A DNA stretch of 64,000 bases from an uncultured virus (IMG/VR IMGVR_UViG_3300044655_001510) (taxonomy: Duplodnaviria; Heunggongvirae; Uroviricota; Caudoviricetes). The position numbers and the translations under genes are program-made. The DNA lies in the IMG/VR virus record IMGVR_UViG_3300044655_001510; one strand, 5' to 3'. Position 1 is the first letter of the stretch; each line of letters begins with the position of its first letter. Positions 1 to 10,902 of this stretch are shown piece after piece. The notes under the pieces are model-generated. The model did no database searches. It saw only the letters and a list, made by a program, of their open reading frames with translations, and was not told the origin of the DNA.

Positions 1-363
1 GTGGTATCAAACCATAGATCACCGACTGACGGTGAAGATGGTGCAGTGTCACCAGTAGTAATAGAACCAGAACCTTCTGAACCAGCAGTTTCTGGGTTTG
101 TATCGACCCAAGTATTTGAGTAATACACATACAATCTACCACCGGTGGTATCAAACCATAGATCACCGACTGACGGTGAAGATGGTGCAGTGTCACCAGT
201 AGTAATAGAACCAGAACCTTCTGAACCAGCAGTTTCTGGGTTTGTATCGACCCAAGTATTTGAGTAATACACATACAATCTACCACCGGTGGTATCAAAC
301 CATAGATCACCGACTGACGGTGAAGATGGTGCAGTGTCACCAGTAGTAATAGAACCAGAACCA
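1..363. repeat. Perfect 144-bp tandem repeat (2.5 copies; 48-aa unit in fibre)
   Basis: 1-144 = 145-288, partial third copy 289-363. Confidence 0.95.
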
Positions 364-1952
364 CCTGTTCCACCTGAACCAATAGCGGCTGCGATTAATG
401 CATTTACTTGTGAAACAGTTGTACCGTCTGTTATTCCCAATCCCGCAAGCGTTGTTTCCAATGATGCACTCGTTACCAAGCCTTTATCATTTACTTGAAC
501 TTTATTAAACGTACCGGCTGTTGTAATTGAATTTAAGGTAATGATATTAGTCCCAGCAGAACTAATTACATCGCCTGTTAATGCAGGTAATGCAGTAGCT
601 GAAATTGTACCAGTTAAATCATTTAACGTGAGTGTAACCACACCTGTATGACCATTAACCGATGTTACACCGCCTAATGGGTTTAACATTTCTAGCCAGT
701 TAGCATCAGAACTTGCAGGTAATGCATTTAAGATATAAGTTTTGTTTACTGTACCTGCAACAATTGCAATATCACCAATTGCAGCCGTCAACGCATTTCG
801 TTGAGCGATGGTTGTTACTGCAAATCTATTGTTTATAGTAAATGCTGGTAGATATAAACTATCAATTTTACTATTACTGTTAAGACCTACATATCCGTTA
901 GCTTGATTTAACTTGTTAGTATTCAGCTTTAATGACAGTTGGCTGTCAATTTCAGTTTTATTATAAACTGGAATTATACTTGCCGCAGTGACAATACCTT
1001 TAGCATTAACTGTAATACTATTATAGTTATTACCAGCAGTTACACCAGATGTGCCTAACGTTAATAAGCCAGTACCAACTGAACTAACCACATCACCCGT
1101 GAATGCAGGCAATCTTGCTACGCCTAACGTACCACTAGTTAATAACGATGCGTTTGTGGTTGCATAATCAACAGTTTCTCCGCTGGTTGCTCTGCCTTTA
1201 GAATCAAAAGTAACACGATTGTAAGTACCAGCAGTAATACCACTGGTACTTAATGTTAATACACCAGTACCGGCAGAACTAACTACATCACCAGTCATTG
1301 CTGGTAATTTGGCAACTGTTAGAGTTCCTGGTATATTGGTTAGGGTTAAACTAACAGTACCAGTGTTTCCATTAATAGAGGTTACACCACCTAATGGATT
1401 TAACATTTCTAACCAACTAGCATCGGAACTTGCTGGTAATGCGTTTAAGATATAAGTTTTATTTACTGTACCTGCAACAATTGCAATATCACCAACTGCA
1501 GCGCTTAATGCGTTTCGTTCAGCTAGCGTTGCTACTGCAAATCTATTATTCAAGGTGATTGCTGGTAAAAAGATGCTATCTATTTTAGCGGTATCATTCA
1601 ACCCAGCATAACCACTTGCAATACCTTTATTTGCCAGTGATTCCTTTAATGACAACGCAGCAGCAGTTGCTACGCTAACTGGTTTAGCAGAATCAGCAGT
1701 ATTATCAACGTTTGATAGATTAAAATCTGCTTTCGTTAACACTACCGTACCAGTCTGGCCGTTTACAGAAACAACACCTGCAACCGATGATCCTGATGTG
1801 AAGTAATCTAGTGCAGACCAATTAGCAACACCATCACCGATCTTTAACTTCTTTGTATCTGTTTCAAATCCAAATTCACCTGAACTTAGTGTTGGATTAA
1901 CCTGAGACCAATTATATGCGGTGTCTCTTCTTTGTTGTATTTTATTTGCCAC
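1..1952 (-). CDS. Tail fibre protein with Mtd-N-like N-terminus (partial, runs off window start)
   Basis: GTG at 1952 overlaps the upstream TAG; translates MANKIQQRRDTAYNWSQVNPTLSSGEFGFETDTKKLKIGDG, followed by fibre repeats; absent from the ORF track because there is no stop in the window. Confidence 0.8.
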   Translation of the reverse strand, partial: MANKIQQRRDTAYNWSQVNPTLSSGEFGFETDTKKLKIGDGVANWSALDYFTSGSSVAGVVSVNGQTGTVVLTKADFNLSNVDNTADSAKPVSVATAAALSLKESLANKGIASGYAGLNDTAKIDSIFLPAITLNNRFAVATLAERNALSAAVGDIAIVAGTVNKTYILNALPASSDASWLEMLNPLGGVTSINGNTGTVSLTLTNIPGTLTVAKLPAMTGDVVSSAGTGVLTLSTSGITAGTYNRVTFDSKGRATSGETVDYATTNASLLTSGTLGVARLPAFTGDVVSSVGTGLLTLGTSGVTAGNNYNSITVNAKGIVTAASIIPVYNKTEIDSQLSLKLNTNKLNQANGYVGLNSNSKIDSLYLPAFTINNRFAVTTIAQRNALTAAIGDIAIVAGTVNKTYILNALPASSDANWLEMLNPLGGVTSVNGHTGVVTLTLNDLTGTISATALPALTGDVISSAGTNIITLNSITTAGTFNKVQVNDKGLVTSASLETTLAGLGITDGTTVSQVNALIAAAIGSGGTGGSGSITTGDTAPSSPSVGDLWFDTTGGRLYVYYSNTWVDTNPETAGSEGSGSITTGDTAPSSPSVGDLWFDTTGGRLYVYYSNTWVDTNPETAGSEGSGSITTGDTAPSSPSVGDLWFDT

Positions 1953-2275
1953 TATGCACTGCCTCCGTCAATTAGCATATCTTCTTGTCCATAGACGGAC
2001 GATGCCGAACCACCATCTAAATTTAATAATGAATCAACCGTTAAATCAATCACATTCGCTGCATCATTGTATACGATTGATATACCAGTATGGGTACCAT
2101 TAGTAAACATAGCAGCAGCGTAGTCCTGTACCATTTCTTGTGTTAAGGAACCACCAGTACCAACCAAGCCATACAATTCAGTAAAGTTTGCATTGACTTT
2201 GTTAAATGCAGAATATAGACTATCTGCACTCTTATCGTTTGGTGTTGAACCTGTGTTGATTTTTAACTGGGTCAT
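1952..2275 (-). CDS. Virion/baseplate-fibre associated protein
   Basis: N-terminus INTGSTPNDKSADSLYSAFNKVNANFTELY resembles T4 gp9/gp10-type N-terminal motif. Confidence 0.65.
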   Translation of the reverse strand: MTQLKINTGSTPNDKSADSLYSAFNKVNANFTELYGLVGTGGSLTQEMVQDYAAAMFTNGTHTGISIVYNDAANVIDLTVDSLLNLDGGSASSVYGQEDMLIDGGSA

Positions 2276-2303
2276 CTGTTTTTCTCTTTATTTGTTTTGG
2301 GAA

Positions 2304-2531
2304 CTACCGGATGCCACCTAGACGTTTTACTGCATCTAATTCATCTTCTTTACCTTGACTTTTCATGAACTCCACGATTTTGTTATAATCTGCCATAGTC
2401 ACTGGACCATGCTGCGATAGTTTAGTTACAATTTCTGCAACATCGTGTAAGTCAGCATCTTGCTTCACGTCTTCGCGAGCAAGTTCAAGTAATCTAATGA
2501 ATAGTGGTACGTCTATTTGGATAGTATCCAT
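2304..2531 (-). CDS. Hypothetical phage protein
   Basis: MDTIQIDVPLFIRLLELAREDVK; TAAATA late-promoter-like motif upstream. Confidence 0.7.
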   Translation of the reverse strand: MDTIQIDVPLFIRLLELAREDVKQDADLHDVAEIVTKLSQHGPVTMADYNKIVEFMKSQGKEDELDAVKRLGGIR

Positions 2532-2558
2532 TTTGTTTTTCCTCATTTGTATGGGTAT

Positions 2559-2975
2559 TTAGCTAATTTTGATATCCGACAAGATTAGTTCAATCTCTTC
2601 TTCTACAGTTAATCCTGCTGGAATCGTGATATCCACCTTTGTTGGATTTTCAAAAAGGGCATTGGTATCTGCGAATCGGCCTTCTGTAATTCGATTAACC
2701 CAGATAATATATGCATCACCGAATGCTTCTCTGGTTTCTTTAGTTGGGCATACAAAGTCAGCAATAGCAATGTAACCTGCTTGACTTACTGTATCACATA
2801 GAAATCCCATTCTTCGTGCTTGCTCAATTCTGTCTTCAATTGAGAATCCCAAGTCTTTATTCAAGTTAGCTCTTACTGCATCTGCGTTAAAATGTACCGC
2901 CCGTAATCTTTTAGCCAATTGTGTTGCCAATGCAGTCTTACCAGCATTTGGTAAACCCATTACTAGAATTTTCAT
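2559..2975 (-). CDS. Adenylylsulfate-kinase-like P-loop kinase
   Basis: GLPNAGKT Walker A, NADAVR, DLGFSIEDR and DFVCP motifs. Confidence 0.75.
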   Translation of the reverse strand: MKILVMGLPNAGKTALATQLAKRLRAVHFNADAVRANLNKDLGFSIEDRIEQARRMGFLCDTVSQAGYIAIADFVCPTKETREAFGDAYIIWVNRITEGRFADTNALFENPTKVDITIPAGLTVEEEIELILSDIKIS

Positions 2976-3017
2976 CTGTATTCCTATTAGTTAATATTCA
3001 GTATTTAGTAGGCATTA

Positions 3018-3044
3018 AAAAGCCGTGGCAGAAATGCCACGGCT
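3018..3044 (-). terminator. Intrinsic terminator
   Basis: AGCCGTGGCA-GAAA-TGCCACGGCT hairpin with T-run on minus strand downstream of 3072..4205. Confidence 0.7.
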
Positions 3045-3071
3045 CTTGTGGAAAGCTAATTAGTTAACTAA

Positions 3072-4205
3072 TTAAACGTTACCAGATACTAAAACTTCCG
3101 TCGCTGAAATGTACATAATCGTCAAACCACCACGAATAGCCAAAGTTAAAGAACCTGTTTTAGCAGTTGCAGTACCCATTAGGTAGCATGTAAGACCAGA
3201 ACCAATAGTAATGGTGTTAGTAGCACTGTGCATGTTGTACACGCTGATGATGTCGCCAGCAACGAAAACGTTTGCAGGCATTGTCAATGCAGCAGAAGCT
3301 GTTAGGTTAATGTTTTTACCGTTATCTGCAGCAACTAATGTATATGCAGATGACTTGCTAGCTTGTGGAACTGAACGTAATTTACCAGATTCATCAGAAA
3401 CAGTACCAGTGAATGATGGTGAAGCTATTGGCGCTTTTAATGCTACCGTGTTTGTCAACGCAGCAGCAGCAGTGTTATCAGCTGCCAATTCGTCAGCAAT
3501 TTCTTTTAATGTGTCAAATGCCGCAGGAGCAGCACCAACAACTGCTTGGATAGCAGTCGTTACTTGTGCACCAGTTTGGAAATTAGAATCATTAGTAAAT
3601 GCAGAAACCAATGTTGGTACTGTTGGAATTGTTGGTTTGTTAGTCAAATCGGCATAAGAACCAGAAGTAGCAACAGTCGCTAATGAAGAGCTATCAGCTT
3701 TTAATGCTAAATCAGAAGCAGAAATACCGCCGCTTGCTAAGATGTTAGAAACTACCGCTTGGATTTTTCCATAACCGTAAGTAAATACCAATGTTTTACC
3801 GTCGAAAGCGCTAGTACCGATAGAAATTTGATCAGCCAAAACAGTTGGTGAAATCTCAGCAAGAATGATAGTATCGCCTTCAGCAGTGAGGTCTTGTACA
3901 GTACAACCCCAAACCAAACCACTTTGTGGAATGTTGGTTGCAGTAACTTTACCACCAGCAATAGTTTTAGATTCAGTTACGAATTCCAAACCATCGATGT
4001 TTTCTTTCCAGACCAATAACCATTCAGAAGTTGCTGGTGCTACTCGAGCCATCCATTGGTAAGTTGCTTTGCCACCTTGAGTAAACAGGTCACCAGTAGT
4101 ATCAAGAACAGTGATTCTCATACCATCGAATGGAGTAGTAATCAAGTCACGTGCAGCTAATGTTGCAACAACTCTGTCGCCGTCGTTAGAAATAATAATA
4201 GCCAT
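3072..4205 (-). CDS. Tail fibre-like protein
   Basis: ATSGSYADLTNKP and APAAFDTLKEIA fibre motifs. Confidence 0.75.
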   Translation of the reverse strand: MAIIISNDGDRVVATLAARDLITTPFDGMRITVLDTTGDLFTQGGKATYQWMARVAPATSEWLLVWKENIDGLEFVTESKTIAGGKVTATNIPQSGLVWGCTVQDLTAEGDTIILAEISPTVLADQISIGTSAFDGKTLVFTYGYGKIQAVVSNILASGGISASDLALKADSSSLATVATSGSYADLTNKPTIPTVPTLVSAFTNDSNFQTGAQVTTAIQAVVGAAPAAFDTLKEIADELAADNTAAAALTNTVALKAPIASPSFTGTVSDESGKLRSVPQASKSSAYTLVAADNGKNINLTASAALTMPANVFVAGDIISVYNMHSATNTITIGSGLTCYLMGTATAKTGSLTLAIRGGLTIMYISATEVLVSGNV

Positions 4206-4320
4206 TTTGTAAATCTCCTTGTTAAATGGAACTTCTTAGGAACCCCTAACACTGTTAATTATCGGTACTAGGGGTTATTAATTGGTGTTAACCGAAATTA
4301 CACCGTTGTTAAATTGTTAA

Positions 4321-5463
4321 TTAAGCAGCTGCTTTAACGTATTGAACTTGTACATTGAAACCGAACCACTGACCAGTAATATCAAGTGAAAGTACGAAAG
4401 TTTTACCAGTTGCATCAGCCACGTCTTTTGAAGCAACAGGTGCGTCATATGCAACACCAGTTGAATCGATATAACGTACAGTTGCAAAGTTCATGATACC
4501 ATTAACGCCTTGTTGCGGAGCAGCAGTCAATACGATTTTATCGCCAGCAACAACAGCAACAGTTTCTAATACAGGAACAGCAGATCCAGCTTTACGTTCA
4601 ACCACTTCAGCATCTAATGCAGTAGTCAATACAGTATCAGCAGCTTCGCGTGCAGTAACTTCTGAACTCATTGCTGCAATACGTGCATTCGTTTCAACTA
4701 AGATAGCAGCATCACGTGCAGTAGCTTCAGCTGCGATAGCAGTAGTACGATCAGTAACTTCAGTAGCCAAATTAGTTGTTAATGTACCTTCAGCAGCTTT
4801 AGCGCGAGTAACTTCAGCAGCCAAGTCGGTAGTTAAAACGCCTTCAGCAGCAGTAGCACGAGTAACTTCACCAGCCAATGCAGTACTTGCAGTAGACGCC
4901 AATGTAGTAATCGCACCGTTAATTGTGCTGTCGGCAGCTTGGAACGCAGCTACTACTTCTGTTAATGAATCAAGTGCAGCTGAATCGGTATTACTCAATA
5001 CATTATCAATTCTAGTTGCCAAAACAGCATCAGCAGCTTCGCGTGCAGTAACTTCTGAACTCATTGCTGCAATACGTGCATTCGTTTCAACTAAGATAGC
5101 AGCATCACGTGCAGCAACTTCAGCAGTGATAGCACCTGCACGCGCAGTAACTTCATCTGCCAACGCGCTAGTCAATGCAGAATCAGCCGCGACGCGTGCA
5201 TCGTGTTCAGCAGTAATAGCACCAGCACGTGCAGTAGCTTCAGCTGCGATAGCAGTTTGACGAGCAGATACTTCGGTGCTTAAATCAGCATCTAATTCAT
5301 TAATAGCAGCAACTAAATTGCTTTTTTCAGCAGTTGTTAATGTAGATAAGTCACCATCGTTAGCGGCACGAGTTGCAGCTTCATTGTCGATGTTTGTTTG
5401 TAAAATTGTTAAGCTATCATTTAATTTATAAATGGTACTTTTATTGCGAACGATAATTGCCAT
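4321..5463 (-). CDS. Coiled-coil fibre protein
   Basis: Repeated AEVTARAAA heptads, AALDSLTEVV motif; GGAG RBS. Confidence 0.8.
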   Translation of the reverse strand: MAIIVRNKSTIYKLNDSLTILQTNIDNEAATRAANDGDLSTLTTAEKSNLVAAINELDADLSTEVSARQTAIAAEATARAGAITAEHDARVAADSALTSALADEVTARAGAITAEVAARDAAILVETNARIAAMSSEVTAREAADAVLATRIDNVLSNTDSAALDSLTEVVAAFQAADSTINGAITTLASTASTALAGEVTRATAAEGVLTTDLAAEVTRAKAAEGTLTTNLATEVTDRTTAIAAEATARDAAILVETNARIAAMSSEVTAREAADTVLTTALDAEVVERKAGSAVPVLETVAVVAGDKIVLTAAPQQGVNGIMNFATVRYIDSTGVAYDAPVASKDVADATGKTFVLSLDITGQWFGFNVQVQYVKAAA

Positions 5464-5657
5464 GTGTAAATCTCCTTTTTATTGGGCCTAGTTTTTCCAT
5501 AGACTAGTAAACTGAGAGTAGCTGCGATGCCTCCAATGACTACCGCAAGCGGGGTGATCTAATTATCCAAGAAAATATAATTGTATTTGATACCAGTATT
5601 TACTGGTTAAAACAAAAAATGCCAGAATATAGTTAAATTCTGGCATTTTGATGAAAT

Positions 5658-5855
5658 TTATATGGAACTGTTAATCAATTTAACTAACAAACGTACTCTA
5701 TCAAAAAGGCTTTTGTGAGTACGCGAATATTCTTGTTTTAATTCAGCAAGTTGTATTGAACTAACCTGTAAATCCAGTTTACCGTTTTCAATAACATAAC
5801 CCACGCCTTTGACCTCAATGGCCCAAGCCGCAAAGTAAAAATCACGTATTATCAT
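5658..5855 (-). CDS. Hypothetical protein
   Basis: ORF at end of fibre operon, followed by hairpin at 5616-5650. Confidence 0.6.
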   Translation of the reverse strand: MIIRDFYFAAWAIEVKGVGYVIENGKLDLQVSSIQLAELKQEYSRTHKSLFDRVRLLVKLINSSI

Positions 5856-5858
5856 TCA

Positions 5859-6932
5859 TCAGTCCTTTGACATGTAAGAGACTACTCCGAGTCCCTCAAT
5901 TTCGGTGCTTTCGTTTAAGCACGCGTACCATACTCCATTTTCTTGTGTTGTTGTTATACCATCGTATTCTGTTAATATCCCAGTAGTGAAAACTTGCATT
6001 AACTGAAATGCAACATCACCGAATGGTTTTGTCGGTAGTGGAATACGATTATTTTCAATTGGTGTTTTGTCTGTTGTTTTAAGGCTAAACATTGCACTTG
6101 ATAATAATTCATCAAGTGGTAATTCGCGTACATTACCATTATCTAGTATTAACGCATTTTTATGTGGTCCTTGCGTTGCTAACTCAATAACTAAACCAAT
6201 CTCAGTTTGAATTGCGCATCCACAGAAAGAAAATCCTAACTTCTGTACAATATGACCAGAGCCAGTTGGCGGTATATCAGTATATTGCCCGGGTACTGTA
6301 TCTAGGAATAAAGTACCAATTGGAACTTCAACATCGATGTCATTTTTACCTTGTAGGTAAACTAACGCAATATCACCAATTAACCAGTTTTCAGTAACAA
6401 ATCCGTATGCTTGGAATTCAACAGAAACCGCACTTGCCAATCTGATTTTAGCAACGCCATTATCACTAAAGATATTAACATAAGAACCAGCTGGTAAGTC
6501 TTCATCAACTAAAACTGATAAGGTATTCGCATAACTTGGATCTACCGAGATTCTTCCAACAGTATCAACCAGTAATCCATCACCGATAATGACACCACCA
6601 AGATTACAATCAGATGCTTTTGGTAGAGTATAACGAGGACCTTCTGGACCTACCGGACCGACTTCCCCTTGAGGACCCTGCGGACCTTGTGGTCCTTGTG
6701 CACCATCGTGACCGATAACACCATCTTGTCCTGGTATACCTTGTATACCCTGCGGACCTTGTGGTCCTGGTGGACCTGATGAATATGGTAAGTCATTCCA
6801 ATGACGAATACCGTCACCAAGTTTGAATCGACCAGTATCTATCTCTGTTGCTAACTCGGCTTGTGCCAATATAGGATTAACAATTTCCCATTCTATTGCT
6901 AGACCACGTCTAAGCTGGATTGAAATAGCCAT
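5859..6932 (-). CDS. Collagen-repeat tail fibre with Mtd-N-like N-terminus
   Basis: IQLRRG...ETDTG-like...KLGDG N-terminus; (GPQ)n collagen triplets. Confidence 0.8.
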   Translation of the reverse strand: MAISIQLRRGLAIEWEIVNPILAQAELATEIDTGRFKLGDGIRHWNDLPYSSGPPGPQGPQGIQGIPGQDGVIGHDGAQGPQGPQGPQGEVGPVGPEGPRYTLPKASDCNLGGVIIGDGLLVDTVGRISVDPSYANTLSVLVDEDLPAGSYVNIFSDNGVAKIRLASAVSVEFQAYGFVTENWLIGDIALVYLQGKNDIDVEVPIGTLFLDTVPGQYTDIPPTGSGHIVQKLGFSFCGCAIQTEIGLVIELATQGPHKNALILDNGNVRELPLDELLSSAMFSLKTTDKTPIENNRIPLPTKPFGDVAFQLMQVFTTGILTEYDGITTTQENGVWYACLNESTEIEGLGVVSYMSKD

Positions 6933-7768
6933 TAGATTCCACCTCCATCAAGTGGTATAACACCACCATAAATTGATGATACACTACCACCATCGTGATT
7001 CACGTAGAACACAGCACTGACAACCCCATTGGAATCCATTTCCAATCCGTCACCTAGTTTAATACCACCAACTGTCGTAGCAGACGCTAGTGGGATGTTA
7101 TCTGCTCTTACATCCACACTAATAGTTCCAGTAGAATCAACTGATAAACCATCACCAATGATAACTCCACCCAAACTACTGGTAGTAGCTTGTGGTAATT
7201 GGTATGATTGAATGTTAACACTAAGTTTACCGTTGGCATCAACGACTAAACCATCACCAATTGTAACACCACCGATAGAAGTAGTAGTGGCTTGTGGTAA
7301 GTGATAAGCCTCAATGTCAACACTAATTTTACCAAATGAATCAACTGCTAATCCATCACCAACAATGACATGACCCAACGAAGTCGTTGTCGCTGGTGAT
7401 ATAATGGCATTTACATCAACTGCCAATACTTTATTTTGATCTAATTTTAAACCATGACCAATAGCCAAATCATCATCTGGTGCCGCGATTGGTTCCCAAG
7501 CACCATTTTGACTAATGTTTAAAGTTGATGTGCTGGTATCATACCACATTGACCCGGATCTACCAACTGGAGGTGCTGTGCTAGATAACAATGCAGGTGC
7601 ACTATCACCAGATTGACCAACAGTTAATGGTATACCACCTTTAGTGATACCATCTGAAAGGCGTAAATCACCTAAATCTTCGTTATAAAATAAGGAACCT
7701 TTGTCACCGATGTGGTCATCGGCAATTACATTATTTACTCTCCCACCTTTAATCTTCTGAATGGCCAT
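6932..7768 (-). CDS. Tail fibre-like repeat protein
   Basis: Four LPxATTxSxGGVxIGDGLxVD repeats. Confidence 0.8.
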   Translation of the reverse strand: MAIQKIKGGRVNNVIADDHIGDKGSLFYNEDLGDLRLSDGITKGGIPLTVGQSGDSAPALLSSTAPPVGRSGSMWYDTSTSTLNISQNGAWEPIAAPDDDLAIGHGLKLDQNKVLAVDVNAIISPATTTSLGHVIVGDGLAVDSFGKISVDIEAYHLPQATTTSIGGVTIGDGLVVDANGKLSVNIQSYQLPQATTSSLGGVIIGDGLSVDSTGTISVDVRADNIPLASATTVGGIKLGDGLEMDSNGVVSAVFYVNHDGGSVSSIYGGVIPLDGGGI

Positions 7769-7785
7769 CTCAATCCCTCCAGTGA

Positions 7786-8139
7786 TTAGTATCTGTTTCT
7801 TATTTGGCGCGTATCGTCTTCGTTATCGTCATACGAAAAAGAATCTTCATCAGGTTCGTTTTCATCTTGAAGTAAATCTTGAATAATAGGACTTTGCTTA
7901 CCAGCCAATGCTTTTTGAATTTCTATTTGCTGTTGCAGTGGTGGCACAAATTTTGGATTTGCATCTAATTCTTGTGGATCTTTTGCCGGAATTTTAGGTA
8001 ATTTAGCAACAGGCATATCAGACGAACGTGGGACTGCCGTGGATTGGTATCCAGGCATATCAAGTACGGGTTCTCCGTTACCGCCGAGTTTAATCTTGAT
8101 CGGCACGTTAACATTAACAACAAATTCTTTTGCACGCAT
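7786..8139 (-). CDS. Hypothetical late protein (MRxxEF N-terminus; VPPLQQ motif)
   Basis: Paralogue of 55825..56049; TAAATA upstream at ~8189. Confidence 0.7.
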   Translation of the reverse strand: MRAKEFVVNVNVPIKIKLGGNGEPVLDMPGYQSTAVPRSSDMPVAKLPKIPAKDPQELDANPKFVPPLQQQIEIQKALAGKQSPIIQDLLQDENEPDEDSFSYDDNEDDTRQIRNRY

Positions 8140-8446
8140 TGGGTTATTTCTCGTAATTGGGCAGTTAATACTGACTTTGGTATCAAGTATTTAGCCAGAT
8201 TTACGAGTTTGTGGGATTGAAAATTACATGCTTTTTGGAGGCAGGATTTTAGTAAAATCCTGCCATATTTTGAATTACTTAAGTACTAGACTGATGTACT
8301 GTTCGGTGAAGTACAGTAGAAAACAGGTTAGGAATATACTAGCAGCTATTATAGACATACCAATGGCCATTCCGTTCTCGCGAACCGCCACTAGAACAAA
8401 CCCAATTAATGCTACCAAACTTATGATTACAACAATGGGTGATATC

Positions 8447-8713
8447 TTAAGCATGTTTACTCACCTTCTTAATTGGTTTAGATTTCACTGCAACTTTCTT
8501 TTTATAGTCAGCAACCTTTTGTTGAAAGAGTAATGCACCTTTACTTGGGCATACGTCAAATAGATTCATTGGATCTGTGCAATGACCTTTGCTCATATAC
8601 CAGCGAGCAGCAGGAACCCATTTAGATGGTGGGATATCATACTGAATTGGATCGACTTTGAAATCTTCAGCCATTACAGAACCAGCTAATAAGAATAAGA
8701 TTAAGTATCTCAT
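8447..8713 (-). CDS. Hypothetical secreted protein
   Basis: Signal-peptide-like N-terminus; coupled to neighbours. Confidence 0.55.
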   Translation of the reverse strand: MRYLILFLLAGSVMAEDFKVDPIQYDIPPSKWVPAARWYMSKGHCTDPMNLFDVCPSKGALLFQQKVADYKKKVAVKSKPIKKVSKHA

Positions 8714-9192
8714 AAGTTACCCGTCGAATAGTTCTTACTTCTTAAACGAGTAGCAGTATAGATATCAATGTTGGTATCCGTTGCCAGTTTCAACAACTTG
8801 TTCACTACGTTAGTTCCGACAATCTCGTCAGACGAATCAATTACAACAACATTAGGCCAACGATAGTCTTCTTCAAAGATCAACTCTTCCAAATAACGAA
8901 TCATCTCACCAGCATAAATCTCGTGGGTATCTCGTACAGCAGTTGATAAGTTAACTGTAATAACTCGAATGTTTTCAACTTCGCTATTGGCATCTGTGAA
9001 CTTAGTATGCTTGATGTTATCTTTGATATCAAAGACCATATGAAATACTAGTTTACCTTTATTGGATTCCCTAGCAGTAACAGCAGTTAATGCTTTGGTG
9101 ATTCCATACTCGTCTTTGTTAAAGTTAAAGATAACTAACTTATTCTTGGACGGTTCTTCGTCAAATGATTGTAATGTAACTACCTCAGCCAT
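8710..9192 (-). CDS. Hypothetical protein
   Basis: 160-aa ORF with RBS, overlapping next gene. Confidence 0.6.
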   Translation of the reverse strand: MAEVVTLQSFDEEPSKNKLVIFNFNKDEYGITKALTAVTARESNKGKLVFHMVFDIKDNIKHTKFTDANSEVENIRVITVNLSTAVRDTHEIYAGEMIRYLEELIFEEDYRWPNVVVIDSSDEIVGTNVVNKLLKLATDTNIDIYTATRLRSKNYSTGNL

Positions 9193-9384
9193 TGGTTATT
9201 CCTCGTCTGTAGTTTTGACAAAACCAGTCGCAATACCAATAATCCAAGCAACTGAAGCGATAATGGTGGTATAAGAACCGAAAATAGGGTTATAATTGGT
9301 TAAAAACATCAAAACCCCAGTAAACATCGCCGAACACGCGACTATTGTAAATATCTCTTCTTTTTTCATGATTGCTCCAATTGA

Positions 9385-9708
9385 TTAAGTAACGTTGTCT
9401 AATAGTTTAAATCCAAGTGCATAAAATTTGATTAACTCAAGTAAAGCATCCGATTGGGTACTGAATACTTTGTTAACCATTCGTTGGCACTCCCATGTTT
9501 TCGGATACAGCTTATCACAGATTTCTTCCTTTAACAAGCAATTAATTGCCCATCCGATGAAATGATCATCTGCAGTGAAATGTGCTTTAACTTTCCCGAA
9601 AACAATACCATTTTCGGTTAACGTGATGGTATCTTCTGTTTTGGTTATTTCTAAATTGCTGAATCTATTTGATACTTCTTCGATTAATACGTCAATTTGG
9701 TCTTTCAT
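9385..9708 (-). CDS. Hypothetical protein
   Basis: Start MKDQIDV after GGAGG RBS. Confidence 0.6.
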   Translation of the reverse strand: MKDQIDVLIEEVSNRFSNLEITKTEDTITLTENGIVFGKVKAHFTADDHFIGWAINCLLKEEICDKLYPKTWECQRMVNKVFSTQSDALLELIKFYALGFKLLDNVT

Positions 9709-9804
9709 GTATCCTCCTAAAAGATAATGCCCAACTGTGAAGTTAGGCATTTGTAATCTACTATTTAGGGTTGTCATGGGTTTTGTAACATATTTGTCAT
9801 GTTA

Positions 9805-10902
9805 TCAAATACACTCCGTAGAATATGATTTTAACCGATATTTCAAGAAGTAGTCAACCCAATCATTTTCTTTACCTCTGAAAGAATTCATCAACAAGAA
9901 GAATAGAGGATGACTTCTGTACTGCAAAGCAAATTCTTTTGGGTTATCAAACTCTTTCAAATCGATAATACCAGTAACTTCACTTATAATAGCATTGATC
10001 TCAGTTACAACCCGTTTTTCAACTCGATTGACCGTTTCCATCATTTCAGGTTCATCAATACTGGCAATATAAGCCTTGAAGTCATCGACTTGTTCAGAAA
10101 CAACCATCTCAGCTACATTACGTTCAGTGGTAAAAGTTACTACATGATGTAAAGTCATGTACCAGTTAGTTTTCATTTTAACCATTTGGCCATTTGAAAA
10201 CTGGATTACGTATCCTTCTTTGTTCGTATCATTCACCACTGAAGTTTTAAACCAATCTAAACCAGATAACTCGTATTCAGTTATAAATGACTTAACATAT
10301 GGTATTTCCCAACCTTTTGCTAATAGAACAAGATCATCACGTGAAAAATATTCACCGGTCTCATTTGATCTAATGGCTAACAAAGTCAACGCAGGTTCTT
10401 TGTACGAACAAACAATTCGATTGGCTCGTGAAGTCAATTCGAATATAGGGGTAAAACCTTGTTCGCACATAAACTTAGAGAATTGGTACTGATGCGACTT
10501 ATAGCAGAACTTCTCATTAGCGTAATTGGCTTCGGCTGAGGTAAATGATCTTTTAGTTTTGAAGATAATTGAACCATCAATCAAAACAGGAGTGATCATA
10601 CTGCCGTCCATTTTGTCCATAACCGAAGTTACTGAGTTCCAATCTAATACACCCTCTTGAGTAAACTGGTTTTCGTTTAAATTAAAGAACTTGTGGAATG
10701 GTCTTGATACAACTTTTCCAGATGGGTCAAATGTAATACCACGACATTCACGTGCATACTCATTCTTGAACACGTCGCTTTCGAGTATATGATACGAAGC
10801 AACGGTATATCCATTGGCATCAGTTTTGAACTCAATACCTTTTACCTCACCAACTTGGGCTTTGAACTCAGCCAAGTTAGTAATAACTGGGAAGTTATTC
10901 AT
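9805..10902 (-). CDS. rnl1: T4 Rnl1-like RNA ligase
   Basis: ECRGITFD, SRPFHKFFN, KMDGS (motif I), EGYV, KMK motifs. Confidence 0.9.
   Translation of the reverse strand: MNNFPVITNLAEFKAQVGEVKGIEFKTDANGYTVASYHILESDVFKNEYARECRGITFDPSGKVVSRPFHKFFNLNENQFTQEGVLDWNSVTSVMDKMDGSMITPVLIDGSIIFKTKRSFTSAEANYANEKFCYKSHQYQFSKFMCEQGFTPIFELTSRANRIVCSYKEPALTLLAIRSNETGEYFSRDDLVLLAKGWEIPYVKSFITEYELSGLDWFKTSVVNDTNKEGYVIQFSNGQMVKMKTNWYMTLHHVVTFTTERNVAEMVVSEQVDDFKAYIASIDEPEMMETVNRVEKRVVTEINAIISEVTGIIDLKEFDNPKEFALQYRSHPLFFLLMNSFRGKENDWVDYFLKYRLKSYSTECI

Noticed and set aside
3211..5260. Long plus-strand ORFs 3211..3657 and 4493..5260 (likewise 40837..41571, 35649..35948)
   Set aside because: Antisense shadows of Ala/Thr/Val-rich genes; no RBS or recognisable motifs
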